DNA of 64,000 nt from assembly GCA_025201805.1 (NCBI GenBank), contig MU619285.1:147317-211316 (forward strand). Direction: 5' to 3'. This document shows, one piece after another, positions 1 through 12,391 of the stretch. Position 1 is the stretch's first letter, and each line of letters starts with the position of its first letter. Below the pieces are notes generated by a model, which had not been told where the DNA came from, searched no databases, and saw only the letters and a program-made list of their open reading frames with translations. Origin of the DNA: Parasitella parasitica NRRL 2501 (lineage: Eukaryota; Fungi; Mucoromycota). The translations under genes were made by a program, and so were the position numbers.

Positions 1-416
1 CGTGATCACACGAGAGGCTATCGCAATAGAATATACCTGCTTTAACATATCAGGAAGAAAGATTACCTGGACTTTTTTTGAGTAAACGGATAATGAATTT
101 AATATGGTTTTTTAGGCTCAATGATGCCTCTTGTAAAAAAGTTGTCAACAGTAAACATTAAAAATCCTAGTAAACTATAGGCGTTTTGGCAAAAGATATA
201 CCTCCTTTGCTTTTATTTGACCTCTCCTGCATTACCTATTACAAATTAAAACTTGCTCGTCTGAGGATTATCATCTATTTGGGACACAAGATCTGCACTG
301 CAAGTAATTGTTTTTAGTGTTGCTTTAAAAACCTCAATATAATCTGATAAGCGCTTTCTATTTTATTTCTTCTTCTTTTTCTCTTTTTATCTAAATCATC
401 AAATAATATTATCAGA

Positions 417-1174
417 ATGGAAGGGCATCAAGGACATCAGGGACATGAAGGGCACACGATGCCCGCTGGCCACGATATGGCAGGCATGTCAATACACGAG
501 GGTCACACAATGCTAGATGTCCCTATTAATCAGAATATACCAGCAAGCTGTTCAATGAATGTAAGGCTTTAAAAGCAAAAAACGGCTATCATATAAAAGC
601 TGATTGTGATGCGTTAGATGCTTTTCAACTGGCAAATAAACGATGTCTGCGTAGTGTTTGAAAGCTGGCACATTCACAATGCTGTGGAAATGTTGATATC
701 ATGCATCGTTGTATTTTGTATTGCGGCAGGATACGAATATCTACGTGTCTGGAGTAACTCTCTACAAGATCAATGGTCTCATGCAGATAAAAAGAAAATA
801 TCAGATCAACAAACATTTGTTGGTGGCCATTCAGAAGAAGAATACCAGCCAGCGAATACAAGTGCGACAGATTCAACAGGCTTTTTAAGAAAGGACGTGA
901 TATTAACTAGGTAAATAGGCAGATACATATCGTGATTACAGTGCTTTTTGTTTGTGGGAAATAACACATTTTAACCATTAGACGCTCAAGTAAGCACCAA
1001 GTGCTACAATCCATTATATATACACTGCTTGTAGCAATTAGTTTTTGGCTGATGCTTGTATTTATGACTTACAATGGATATTTGATGATTGCAACAATAT
1101 TTGGAGCAGGCTTTGGGCATCTGATATTTGGAAATGGGAAGCTAAAGGCAAGTCGTGATATACAGTGTCATTAA
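417..1174 (+). CDS. Ctr-family copper transporter (3 exons: 417-560, 618-910, 982-1174)
   Basis: His/Met-rich N-terminus (MEGHQGHQGHEGHTMPAGHDMAGM), CSMNMLFNW motif, MLVFMTYN (MxxxM) TM2 motif, GAGFG in TM3, C-terminal Cys-His; GT-AG introns keep the frame. Confidence 0.93.
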
Positions 1175-3445
1175 ACTGAATCGGTGGTGTTCTCCTTGCG
1201 TTCTCCTCCCCCCCCCCCTTTTTTTTTCTCTCCTTTTTATATACTACTTGTAGCGATTTGTGCTTTTGACATACAGTTTTAAAAAATACATTTCTTTTAA
1301 CCTATTGACCCAAGTTCAAAACGATGAAATTAAAACTATTCTGAGCGTGAAAGTGTTGATCAATATCATCAAGATGACAGGCAATATGCCAATACTAATA
1401 CATTCAAATGGGATATTTATCACAATAACAGGAGATGCGAAGTATGGATTACTACCAAAATTCTATATTAGTGTATCTTCGCAAGCGCAGAAATAACAAA
1501 ACATGGCCGATTTATGTAGTTAATATGAGATGTTGTCAGCTGCAAATCTCACCTAGATATCTTTAAATTAGCACAGTAATAATATCAGTTGAAACTTGAA
1601 TTTATTTAATGTAACATCAAATTAGACTTTTCGTAAATTTAATGGGTATCTGGATATTATGGTACTTGAAAATGAAGTTATCCTGTTTATCGAAATGACC
1701 ATAAAAGAAGATAACCCTTATGATCTCGAGAAAAAGATGGATCATGTCCTCTTTATATAATGCTTCCACTTGTGTTGGTTGCATAAAATCAACAGATACA
1801 CTATAGCGCAGCTAAATACATTGGCATAAATTTATGTGATGGTATGGTCTTTTAAACAATCCCCTATCATCGTGAAATTTCAAGATTCAATTCTACCGCA
1901 TTGTTATATCCCGGAGTTTGCAAATGAAGGACTGCCAGATGCCTGGTGTTTATGATGATTATGGATGATAGAACCAACAAACGGTAGTCAGTCGGTTTTT
2001 ATCATCAGCAAGTATTACTCGAACTTGACTTTACTGCTTTTCGCAACATAAGCATAAATAATGTTCTTTTTAAATAACATGCCTAATCCTGTGCCTGGGT
2101 CTGACCTGGATCGCTTTGCCAAATCACGCATGAATTAGAGTTGAAAGTGCGCATATCTCATCATTCAGGCTTCCCCTGACGTTGAGAATGATATCAAACG
2201 TATTCTCTAACTCGTGCAATACTTTCTGTATTAATTTTGTATAAATTTCAAATCTTTGATTTTATCGTGATTTTTCATGAGTATCCCCCCATGAAAAAAT
2301 CTTATTTTGATAAAATCGACAAAAGCACCCCAAAAATGGAAATTTTTATTATAGTAAATATTGTTACCAACTAATTCTGAAATCCTAATGCACCCTTTCA
2401 AAAAGTTTATTTACGTTTTTTTTACTAGACTTTTTGCATTTTCCTCAAAAAACGGCTTTTTCTGATAATCCATTTTTCTCAAAAACTAAAGTAGCAACAC
2501 GATATAACTCTTGCAGTATTAGATAGGCCTTCACAAAACCTACCATTCTTAATTAGTTTACGTCCTACATTTAATTAATATTTTCAGAAGCTAATCCTGA
2601 AAAAACGTTAAATGATTCTCAAAATTGACCTCGCTAATCGTTTTGAAGGCATTATGGCCAGAATCGTAATTTAACTCCGATGAGGGCCTTTTTTGATTAT
2701 TTTGACATATATCTTGCAAATAGATACGAAACTACCCATCATAGAACATTGCTATATAACATAAAATAGAATGGAAGCATTTTTCTACTTTATTGTATTC
2801 AGTTTGCAATCGGATAACCCATTTAAGAAAATATCAAACGTAGCAATTGAACTGACGATTTGCAAATACATATTAGCATTTTTATGTAATTTATAAATAT
2901 GTTTTATGGATATTTATTGTATTATTTTTTGTCGCTGGGTGGTGCTATTTTGCTTGCTATTGTTTGCAATTTACAACACTAGGAGCGGTAGCAGTAGACA
3001 TGTAGTAATGAAAATACTGATGTTTACACAAAAAAGTCATGTATGGATACAGCGTACAAATGGTGGTATCGTTAGCAACTGTATTTATTCGATTCAAGTA
3101 TCTCACTAGATGTGTTGACACACATGTGCTCGCTAATTTAACCTTTAGGTAATCGAATTGATCGACCATTCTTTGCACTGAATTACGGTTCAAGTGAGTC
3201 CCCTTTTCCCCTTCATATGATGGATTTTCATCAAGGTACGGTACGTCTGATATTTTTACAACGTTGTTACACGACATGCTTTATATCTGTTTTATTGGAT
3301 GATGGCTATAACGCTCTATATGTTATTTTTTTTTCTATTCTCCTTGATTTCCCTATACAAGACGCTTTTTTTCCATATTTAAAGCGATTTTACCCAGTTC
3401 TGTTTCTTCATTTTTCATCTCTTTCATCTATTCATTTTAACTACC

Positions 3446-5727
3446 ATGGCTACAGTTATTGATTTCTGCACACCTGCTGTACCAGGAGAGGTCCACAAAT
3501 ACTATGGTTATTCACACAACAAATTCTTGAAATTACCGCACATCAGCCCTGTCCAAATTGTAGCCGCATCTGCTGCAAAACGTAATCCAAACAAATCCAA
3601 AGAGCACAAGACATTGAGATCAGTCGCATTGTCAGGCAATTTAGCATTGCTGAGGCAATTCCTTCAGATGGTGCCTGATCAAATGCAAGCGGTCAATGAT
3701 CCTCATCCAGCCACTGGGCTAACTTGTTTGCATTTCGCTGCTTCGAGAGGCCATTTAAAAATAATCCAATGCCTCGTGGAAGAGTATGCCGTCCGAGTAG
3801 ATTCCACGGATAAAGAAGGCGAGGTAATACGCGTGTCCTTGGATATGCACACACGTAATTAACCGATATTGGTTTAGACTGCCTTGCTGAAGGCTGCTTA
3901 CAACGGCCACTATCACGTTGTGGAGTATCTTTTGGATAGCAAAGCCAATATACACCACAAGGACAAGGATGGCTGGACTGCTCTGCATAATGCCTGTTCG
4001 AGAGGCCATTTTAGAATCGTAAGGCTACTCGCCAATGGAAAAGCCAAAGTAGATGTAAGAAGCAAGATGGGGCACACTCCGCTGAGTAAGTTTTGGAATT
4101 AGGCACACAACGCACATGTTGCTTGGTTGTATATACATATACATGCAAAAAAACTCACTAATTGGAAATAGTCAACGCTGCATCCAAGGGTTACATGTCT
4201 ATAGTCGAGTACCTGCTGGATGAAGCCCATGCAAACCCGTTAATAAAAAATAACTTTGGTGAAGCTGCCTATGATGTGAGTGCAGCAGCTGGGGAGTCTT
4301 ATATCTGCGAAATGTTGGAGAAGGCTGGCAGAAGATGGTGGCACCACCAGCACACCGAAGGTAAGAAAGGTGGATGTTCAATCGATCAATGCGTAGATTT
4401 TAAAATACGCTTCTTAGGTGTACTCAACCCAGGCAACAAACGTGCTTCCAAGTTTGGTGCTACGTACGATCTACTAGAATTCCATGTCACTGTCATTGTC
4501 ATTTTGCACGAAAACCAACGAGCTACATCACTGCTGGGTCTTTCCAGACCGCAATTCAGCGAAAACTACCTAATGAAGACAGATGCAAGAGGACCTTGGT
4601 CTCTTCACCCCTCAGGCACGCCATCTTCTAAAGAAATGGTGAATTTGCCTGCAACATCCACCAACAACCATCGTATCAGCAACCTATCCAACTGGTTTTG
4701 GCTTACAGACTGGCAGCTTGATTATAGTAATCCTCGCGTAGATCCAACCTCGGGCTGGCAATATTCGAAATCATTCAATGATGACGATGATGCATGGACG
4801 CCTGTAGCACCAACAAGCGGTTACAGTTGGGTGAGACGCAGAAGATGGGTGCGTGTCATGAAGAGAAGAATGGATTTAACCAAGGGAAGCCATCGCGGCG
4901 ATAGTCTCGCCATTGCGAATATAGAAGAGGAAGACGAGGACGAGGGCAGCCAAGATCAGCAAGGCCAAGAAGACTATCTCCTACAAGTTGAGGCTATCAT
5001 CAACCAAACAATAAAACTGGGAGATGCTACTGATAACGGTGACACTGTTCAGACTAAAAAACATAACTTGGAAAAGTACAAGCAGGCAATCGACCTTCTG
5101 AACACATCAATCCAAGGTGAATTTTTATTAAAAAAAAACCCCGCCCCCTTCCATTTATTATGAATTTTAATTGTTCTTCTGCAAGTAGACGATGGCAATG
5201 AATTCAGAAAACACCAAGCTTTGACATTGATCAAATCGTACACAGCACAAGTCGATAAACTAGCATATCAGATTGAGCATCAAGACACTGAGGAGTCTGC
5301 TGCTGTACAACCGCAATCAGTAGATGAGCCGACCAACGTTAATCATCTAAATCAGCATGACGAAACCAGTAATCCTTGGTCCAACAACCTTACTCAGGAA
5401 TTCTGGCCACCACAAAATATGAATACAGTTGACCTATTTACACCAGAATCTACAACAGAACGAGAGCTGGCCTGGGAATCAGATTTGGATGCACACTCAT
5501 GTAGAGTCTGCGATAGAAAGTTTGGCTTGCTATTTTCAAGACGGCATCATTGCCGAAAATGTGGCCTGGTTGTGTGTGACAAATGCTCACCTTGGAAGGT
5601 GTTTTTAAACGCTTCTGATATACTGCAAGACCCTGAAGGTGCGTTGGAGTCAGCTAGTGTTTTAGCATCACAACAACAAAGAGTATGCGACAAGTGCTAT
5701 GATCATCACCAACAACAGCAGCAGTGA
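3446..5727 (+). CDS. Ankyrin repeat + DysF/peroxin + MIT-like + FYVE domain protein (multi-exon)
   Basis: Ankyrin motifs (TCLHFAASRG, TALLKAAYNG, WTALHNACSRG, HTPL), DysF-like WFWLTDWQLD...GWQY...WVRRRRWVR, helical YKQAIDLL segment, FYVE WESD...CRVC...RRHHCRKCG..VCDKC...RVCDKC. Confidence 0.85.
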
Positions 5728-5859
5728 TGTACAATTTACAATACCCCTTCCTCTTTGGACACTAATAATACCACAACTATGAATTCCTGAAATAGATTCA
5801 TCTAGCCAATCAAGCGTTTCCTAGAGTGCTCAAACTTTTAAAACCTGAATTTATTAAAC

Positions 5860-6265
5860 ACAGCATAATGCGTGCCCTGACAGTATTCTTGAGAGCTGTA
5901 AAAAAGTAGGTCATGGGTGCATGTTAACTGAAGAACATCAAACGGCTGCGATCAATTTCATTGATGCCAATTTCTCTGCTACTGTTGTTGAAGTGGCCGA
6001 TCATTTAATGAAGCGATTTCATGATTTTAAAATGCCACGCAGCATTGTTAATAACTTTATGAGATGTAAATGCAACCTTTGAGAAAAGCAGATTTTCATT
6101 CTATTGAGAGAAACAGCCCGGCAAAGATTGACGAAAGGAATGGGTTTGTATATGGGAAAATACAGACATGAACTTTCTGACGAATTGCGTATTTCTTGAC
6201 GAGTCTGCTTTTGATATCAATTTGAAACGGTTAAGAGCTTGGGCTTGAAAAGGTACACGTGCTAT
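5860..6265 (+). mobile_element. Degenerate Tc1/IS630-type transposase fragment
   Basis: Manual translation LTEEHQTAAINFIDAN..ATVVEVADHLMKRF...NSPAKI...TDMNFLTNCVFLDESAFDINLKR.RAW with stops and frameshifts; contains the first catalytic D (VFLDES). Confidence 0.8.
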
Positions 6266-7997
6266 TGATTTGAATAATGCACCCATTTACTTGCATGAAA
6301 ACGTAAAGAAGTATGTTGAGTATCGAGAAGAATCTGTTTACATACAAGACTTATCGTAGGACACTATCTACCAGCCTAACTTTACAACCAAACAATACTG
6401 TGGTCAGTGATAAAATCAGCTATTTCAGCAATAACAGTAACAAGCGACAATAGCGACAGTAGCGACTCAAAGTCTATTATCGATCACCAAGTCAATGTTT
6501 TTAATAATGCTGAAAAAACAGTCTTTGACATCTCTTTTACAGCATGATAGACATCCAAGTTATATCAATAATATGCTATAAGACTTGTTGCCAGATCAAG
6601 GATCTAAAGTCAATGAGCTTGGATAAAACAGGGTTTTACACCGCATGCTTTATATAGTAAACCTTAGTTACAATCGTACATTTGCATATTTTTAAATTAT
6701 GAAAAATGTTTCTGTTTATTTCATACAAAAAATAAAATAAAAAAATAAGCGTAACTTGCTCGGAATACGATGCCCATCACGAGATAATTAAATCAGCTAA
6801 AACACAAACATCACTATCGTCTCTGCCTCAGCCCTTCACACACTACCCCAGTATCGAAGTTAAAATAACCCAAAATGACAACAACTGCAAGCTTACATTT
6901 AGGATCCAAGACAATGAACGCACTCATCACATCATCTGTTCGCATTGATGTTGTCTCAGACCCTCCGTTCCAGACATCGCTTCCAGCGATTCAGTTCCTT
7001 TTGTTCAAATGCAAAAAGTTGAAGGCTGTATGATATTTGTTAAATGGTAAATGCGTATGCACATGAAAACATGCCATATAGTGGTGAGTGAGCGTTGTGT
7101 TTTCCAAGCTGGATTTCGATTTCACAGACATTTTAGCAGAAGTTATGAGCAAAAGTCTGATATTGACTCTGGCTAGTGGGATGGCGCTATGTAAGGCAAG
7201 CGAATATATCCTTTGTATGTAGACATCAAAAGAGAGATTGCATAGAATGTGAAACTGTACAGAGTAGTAGAGGTAATATAAGCGAGTACTGCCAGAAGTT
7301 TGGCGGTAAATGGACTTGATTCACTAAAGGCATGCAATGTATGTTTGATTATCGTGTCTGTCCCGTCAATTGGTTCCAAAGTAAAAGATGATTGAGAGCT
7401 ATTTCAATATGAAGAACGATCATTTCCAAAGACAAATGAAAAAAGAGACTACAAGCGATTATATCACGGAGAACTTGGGGTCTTTATTGATGACTGAAAA
7501 AGGAAGCCAGGATTGCTCTGGTCCTGGTTTTCTAAAAATCTTTTAAAAGGTACAATTCCATTTGAATGTCAATGTCAATGTTGAAATTGAGATGAGATTC
7601 AGCCCCCATTTAATAGGCAAAAATCGACAGTGATTATGTGTTTTTTTTTTTCGATATATATTAACCATAATAATCTTTCACCCAAATTTCATCAAGTCAA
7701 AAAGGATAAATTGATAATCGAGTTGGCAGTAAGGCTATTTACCACAAACAAATTATTTTTGGCTGAAATAAAAATAGTGTCGTGAATCCAACAAAAAGTT
7801 TGATTGGATGGAAACTGTGATAACACCTTGTTTTAGTAAAACCATTGAAAACATCGTTGCCAACAATTTACAAATCAAGACATTATTATTATTACATGAT
7901 TATTTCATTGTGTGCAGTGTATTTATATAAAACATCATTAAATAAACTCAAGTTTTTCCTTTCATCTCTTACCTTTCCTTCTAATACAGCATTAATC

Positions 7998-10954
7998 ATG
8001 TTACAATCTATACCAAGGAATCACCAAGAAGGTACAAAAACACACACATATATATATAAAAGAAAAAAGTGTAAGATGCGTATTTAAACTAACAAACTCA
8101 CAGCATCAGGTGCTCTGGTAACCAGTAAGAAAAAAAAGCCTTTGCCACAGATTCCAAACAGATCACATCAAGATCAAAATCACCAGAGTTCCACATCTAT
8201 TGTGCCTGGGCCATCATGGACGACGACTGCTGGGCTAGTTGACTCTAGTCAAGTAATGTACCATGACTTGATACAAGACCACACACCTCAATCAGCCATA
8301 AATTACCAGTATTACCAGCCAGCACAGTACTCATACTACTATGATAATAACTATTATAATCAACCGCCATACCAATGCAATGGTATTGACTCGAATCAAG
8401 AATGGAAAACATCATTCAAGGGACTCGAGCCCACTGTTAATAGATCTGATAGCCTCAAAATAGAATCAACCGCTGTGCCTAAACCTTTTCTCAAGAACAG
8501 CAAATTACCTTTAGAACCTCATTTCGAGAAACCCCACGAGCAGACTGCCGAACCTCAGCAAGTCAGCGATAATAATACCTTTTTGCATAGAAAAATATCA
8601 AAAGAGCAAGTCTATTCAGTCAATGCGGCTGCCCCAACCTCTCTTTTGTTGCAAAAATTGAATGAATTTTCAAATCGCACAGCCAATCTTGACAATAGCA
8701 AAGACGCTTTTTTTTCTTCTTTTCAAGACACTCAACACCAAAGCCCCTATGCAGCGAGTGCTACAAGCGGCAGTAGCAGCAGTATTAGTAGCAGCAATAG
8801 CGACAATAGTGAATCAAACACTCCTGATTCTCTATCTGCGTCTTCCTACCAACCACCATCCACATTTGCCAGAGCTTCTACAACGTATAGCAGCCTGAAA
8901 CCGGAAACAGTGCGACTCCAAAGACATTCAACTTCAATGCCCTTGTTAATAGCTCAAAATAAATCTGGCAAGCAACGACAAACGGGAAGAGAAGAAGGAA
9001 AAGGAGAAGAAGAAGAAGAAGGGGAGGACGCATCGTACTCATTCTCTGCGGCTGAGAGATACTTTGATCAGCCTGCCAGTGCTTCCACAATATCTACTGC
9101 CAGAATTCCTTCGCCGTGGGGCACATCTAGCTCCAAATGCGCCTTCTCAGTAGTAAGTGATGGCTTCAACAAGGATGCTGTAAGTCGCATCTCTACGGGC
9201 TCTGTTCCCAACTTGGCCATCTATACTGCTCAGGTGCCTGACGAGATCTCTCTGGAGTCATCTATTGCCAACGAATGTCCTGAAACCAACACGGGCAAGC
9301 CCAAGCAGCAGCTCCAAACTAGCAGCAATCTCGTGGTGCCTGCTGCATTTGGTGATTCCAATATACAAGAACTTTTCCAAAGCCCTGCTTCCGGCAAGTA
9401 TTCTTTCAGCATCGCTTCTTGCAGCTTGGTCACCATCAGATCCAACATAAAACTCTATCGTCGCATGGCCATCAAGACCGGCAACCGCGAGACGCAGCTC
9501 TCCTATGCCAAATATTTGCTTCAAATATCAAAGCTGTACGACAAACAAAGTACCAGTAGAATCACACCCGTTTCTATGGCAAGCAATGACGCCAACTTGA
9601 CAACAAGCAGCAAGAAATGTTTGCAAGAAACACCGGCCCAAACCAGACATCGACTTTTATCCGAGGCGGGCTACTGGATCGAGCGATTAGCAAAGGCTGG
9701 AAATCCCGAAGCCCTGTTTATCCAAGGTCGCTGGTATCTACTGGGTCCTCAGGCTGAAGATTGTGTTTTGAAGGATTACGAAAGAGTGCAGGAAGCCAAG
9801 GCATTTCGTTGTTTTGTCAGGGCATCCAAGAGCGGCTGGACCGAAGCACATTATGAGCTGGCTCATCTATGGAAGAAGCGAGGAAACTTTACAAAGGCAA
9901 TCCAGTGCTATGAAAAGGGGGCGCTTGAACAGCACACCCTGTCTATTTATGTAGGTTTTCTCTCCAAATGCACCAAGCACATAACTAACGCTCTTCTATT
10001 TTTGCAACTATAGAAAATGGCAAAGATCTTACTGCGTGGCCAATTAAAGAGAAAAAAGGACCTGATCAGAGGCATGGAATATCTGAAGCAAGCAGCTGAC
10101 ATGAATGATTCTGCTTGTGCAGAGCCTGCTTTTGTTCTCGGATGTATCTACGCAAACGAATTTGAGCGTATTGGGATTCAAAGGTAAATTTATTCAAAAA
10201 GTGCTGATTCTGGAAGACCCGCTCACACTCGAGCTTAAATCTTAGATACGTCGATGAAGCAACCAAAACGCCCAACGCCCAAGAAACAGCAAACAACAGC
10301 CTGGCGCTCGAATATCTCAAGAAATCGGCTCATCACGGATACCCTGACGCTATTTATTTCATGGGTCAAGTGTCCGAAAAAGGCATGCTTGGACAACTCC
10401 ACGATGCATGGCAGGCCTATCAGCACTACATGAGGGCTGCAGAGGTCGATCACGCGGGTGCCATGCTGGATCTCTCTCGCATATACTGTCAAGGTATCTC
10501 GGGCTTATTGGCTATTCAGAAAGACATTGCGTTCAAGTGGTGCAGACGCTCAGCTGATCTTGGCTTTGATCAAGCCGAGTATGTGTTAGGGTAAGGACAT
10601 ATTTGTGTGTTTGTTTACATGTATTATGATGCAGCAAAGGATCTAATTTTAAATAGTAAATATTATGAAGATGGCATTGGTGTCGCACCTGATTTTCCTC
10701 GCGCATTGGAATATTTTGGCAGAGCTGCTGCAAAAGGGTATCCGCTTGCTGCAGAAAAGCTGAACCGTCCCATGGCGGACGGCCATCAAAGAAGACCTAG
10801 CACTTGTGCTGGAAGAAGGTTCATACCGCCTGTTACTTTGCAACCCAAAGTGAAGCAAGATGATGACGACGATGACGATGAAAATGACGGGTACAACGAT
10901 GCAAGGCTGAAAGCAAACACTGGAACTGGCAACAATATTTGCACGATTCAATAA
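7998..10954 (+). CDS. Sel1-repeat protein, Skt5/Chs4 chitin-synthase-activator-like, with C-terminal CaaX
   Basis: Short exon 7998-8031 splices in frame to 8104; long low-complexity N-terminus; multiple Sel1 repeats (AKAGNPEALF, ASKSGWTEAHYELA, SADLGFDQAEYVLG..YEDGIGV); ends CTIQ*. Confidence 0.82.
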
Positions 10955-11216
10955 AAGACTGTTTGTTGTGCTTCGATTACTTGTGCATAATCTTTTCACA
11001 TGTTTGCTTAAAATTGGCTAAAATGGTGTCAACTTTCAGCATATTTATTCAATAGAGATACCAGGGCTCTACTACTATGATACGATTGACAGAAATTTTT
11101 GTAACATGAAAAAAAAAAATTAGATTTATTTTAAATACACACATGGAAAATAGATGTATTGAATGGAGATTACAATTTAAGAAACCATCGAGAGGTGCGA
11201 TCAGACGGTGATTTAT

Positions 11217-11241
11217 GTGGTGGTGGTGGTGGTGGTGGTGG
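11217..11241. repeat. (TGG)n microsatellite
   Basis: About 8 tandem TGG units in intergenic DNA. Confidence 0.9.
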
Positions 11242-12391
11242 TTTGCGATCTGATGAGCAAATATCAAGCAATAGCTCTTATCTTAATGGATTATCATACA
11301 AACCGGCATCGGTTTATAATTAAACCCCACATATATTTTAATTTCGGATAAAATGGTGCAATTTGCAAGAAGGCATGTAAGCAGAATCTAACCTACAGCA
11401 TAAATTCAAAAAAAAAAGGGTATTTTAGAATATCATAGACAAATAATATAACTGTTGCCTACATTTTGATTGTTTGTTTTCAATCAAGGAATGTAAGAAT
11501 ATTGCGAGCAATATATTGATTCAGGGGAATTTGAGGCACAGACCAGGCGGTGACAAACTTAAAAAGACCACATCTCACCCTCTGTCCCCTTTATTTTTTT
11601 GTCAATCATTGATTGCAGAGATGAGATTAATACAATTCAGAAGTATCTTCTGGGTGATAAGGCTGATCAATCTAGATTTGTCGAATAAATCAAATCAGAG
11701 CATCATACGTTGTACAAACCGTCAATATTAATTTTTTTTAATTATATAAATTTTTATTGTACCCTGATATATACCGTATTCAAATACAAAAAGGTACATA
11801 AATAATAATGCATCTTGTTTGTCTGTGCTCTTTTTGGTTTAAACTTACACAAACAATATAATATCCAATATAATGTTCGCGGGCGGCATTTCTTAATTTG
11901 ATTAGCCTATATTGCAGGCTTTTTTTTTTTTTGATGTTAGTAAATGTCAATGATGAGTGCTAGAAAATGAGAGACGAAATCAATTTCCACATGGAAAGGA
12001 GATGTTTCGCAATAAACGGGAGGACAAAGAAAAGTGATGGCATGGACAAACTTTGAGTAACTTACCATGTGGTCAGCTAACAAGAAAAGAACCAACCATC
12101 AATTATAGTATACAATGTCATTCTGATATATTAGGACAACAGATAAACACATGGCAATGCCTCTGTACTCCCTTAGAGTGATTAGATCTCCGTGTTAGCC
12201 TTTCCCTCTCTTATTTCTTTACACTTATTGTGTTGTCTAGCCTCCCCTTTTCCTCTCTTGCTTTACCTTTTTTTTTTCTTCTATATAATTGCCTTGTCCA
12301 ATATCTGGTCTTTCTTTCTCTTTTCTGATTTATATTAAAAAAGAAAAGAACCCCTTTTCTGCAACAAGCCCTCACTTGAACAAACACACTA

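Noticed and set aside
250-260. TTGCTC Mac1/CuRE-like word upstream of the Ctr gene
   Set aside because: A single partial match; functional sites are typically paired full TTTGCTC motifs
2957-3277. 106-aa minus-strand ORF upstream of the ankyrin-FYVE gene
   Set aside because: No recognisable motif or clear splice structure; cannot be supported as a gene
6700-7450. Short ORFs downstream of the Tc1 remnant
   Set aside because: No motif support; probably decayed repeat or intergenic sequence
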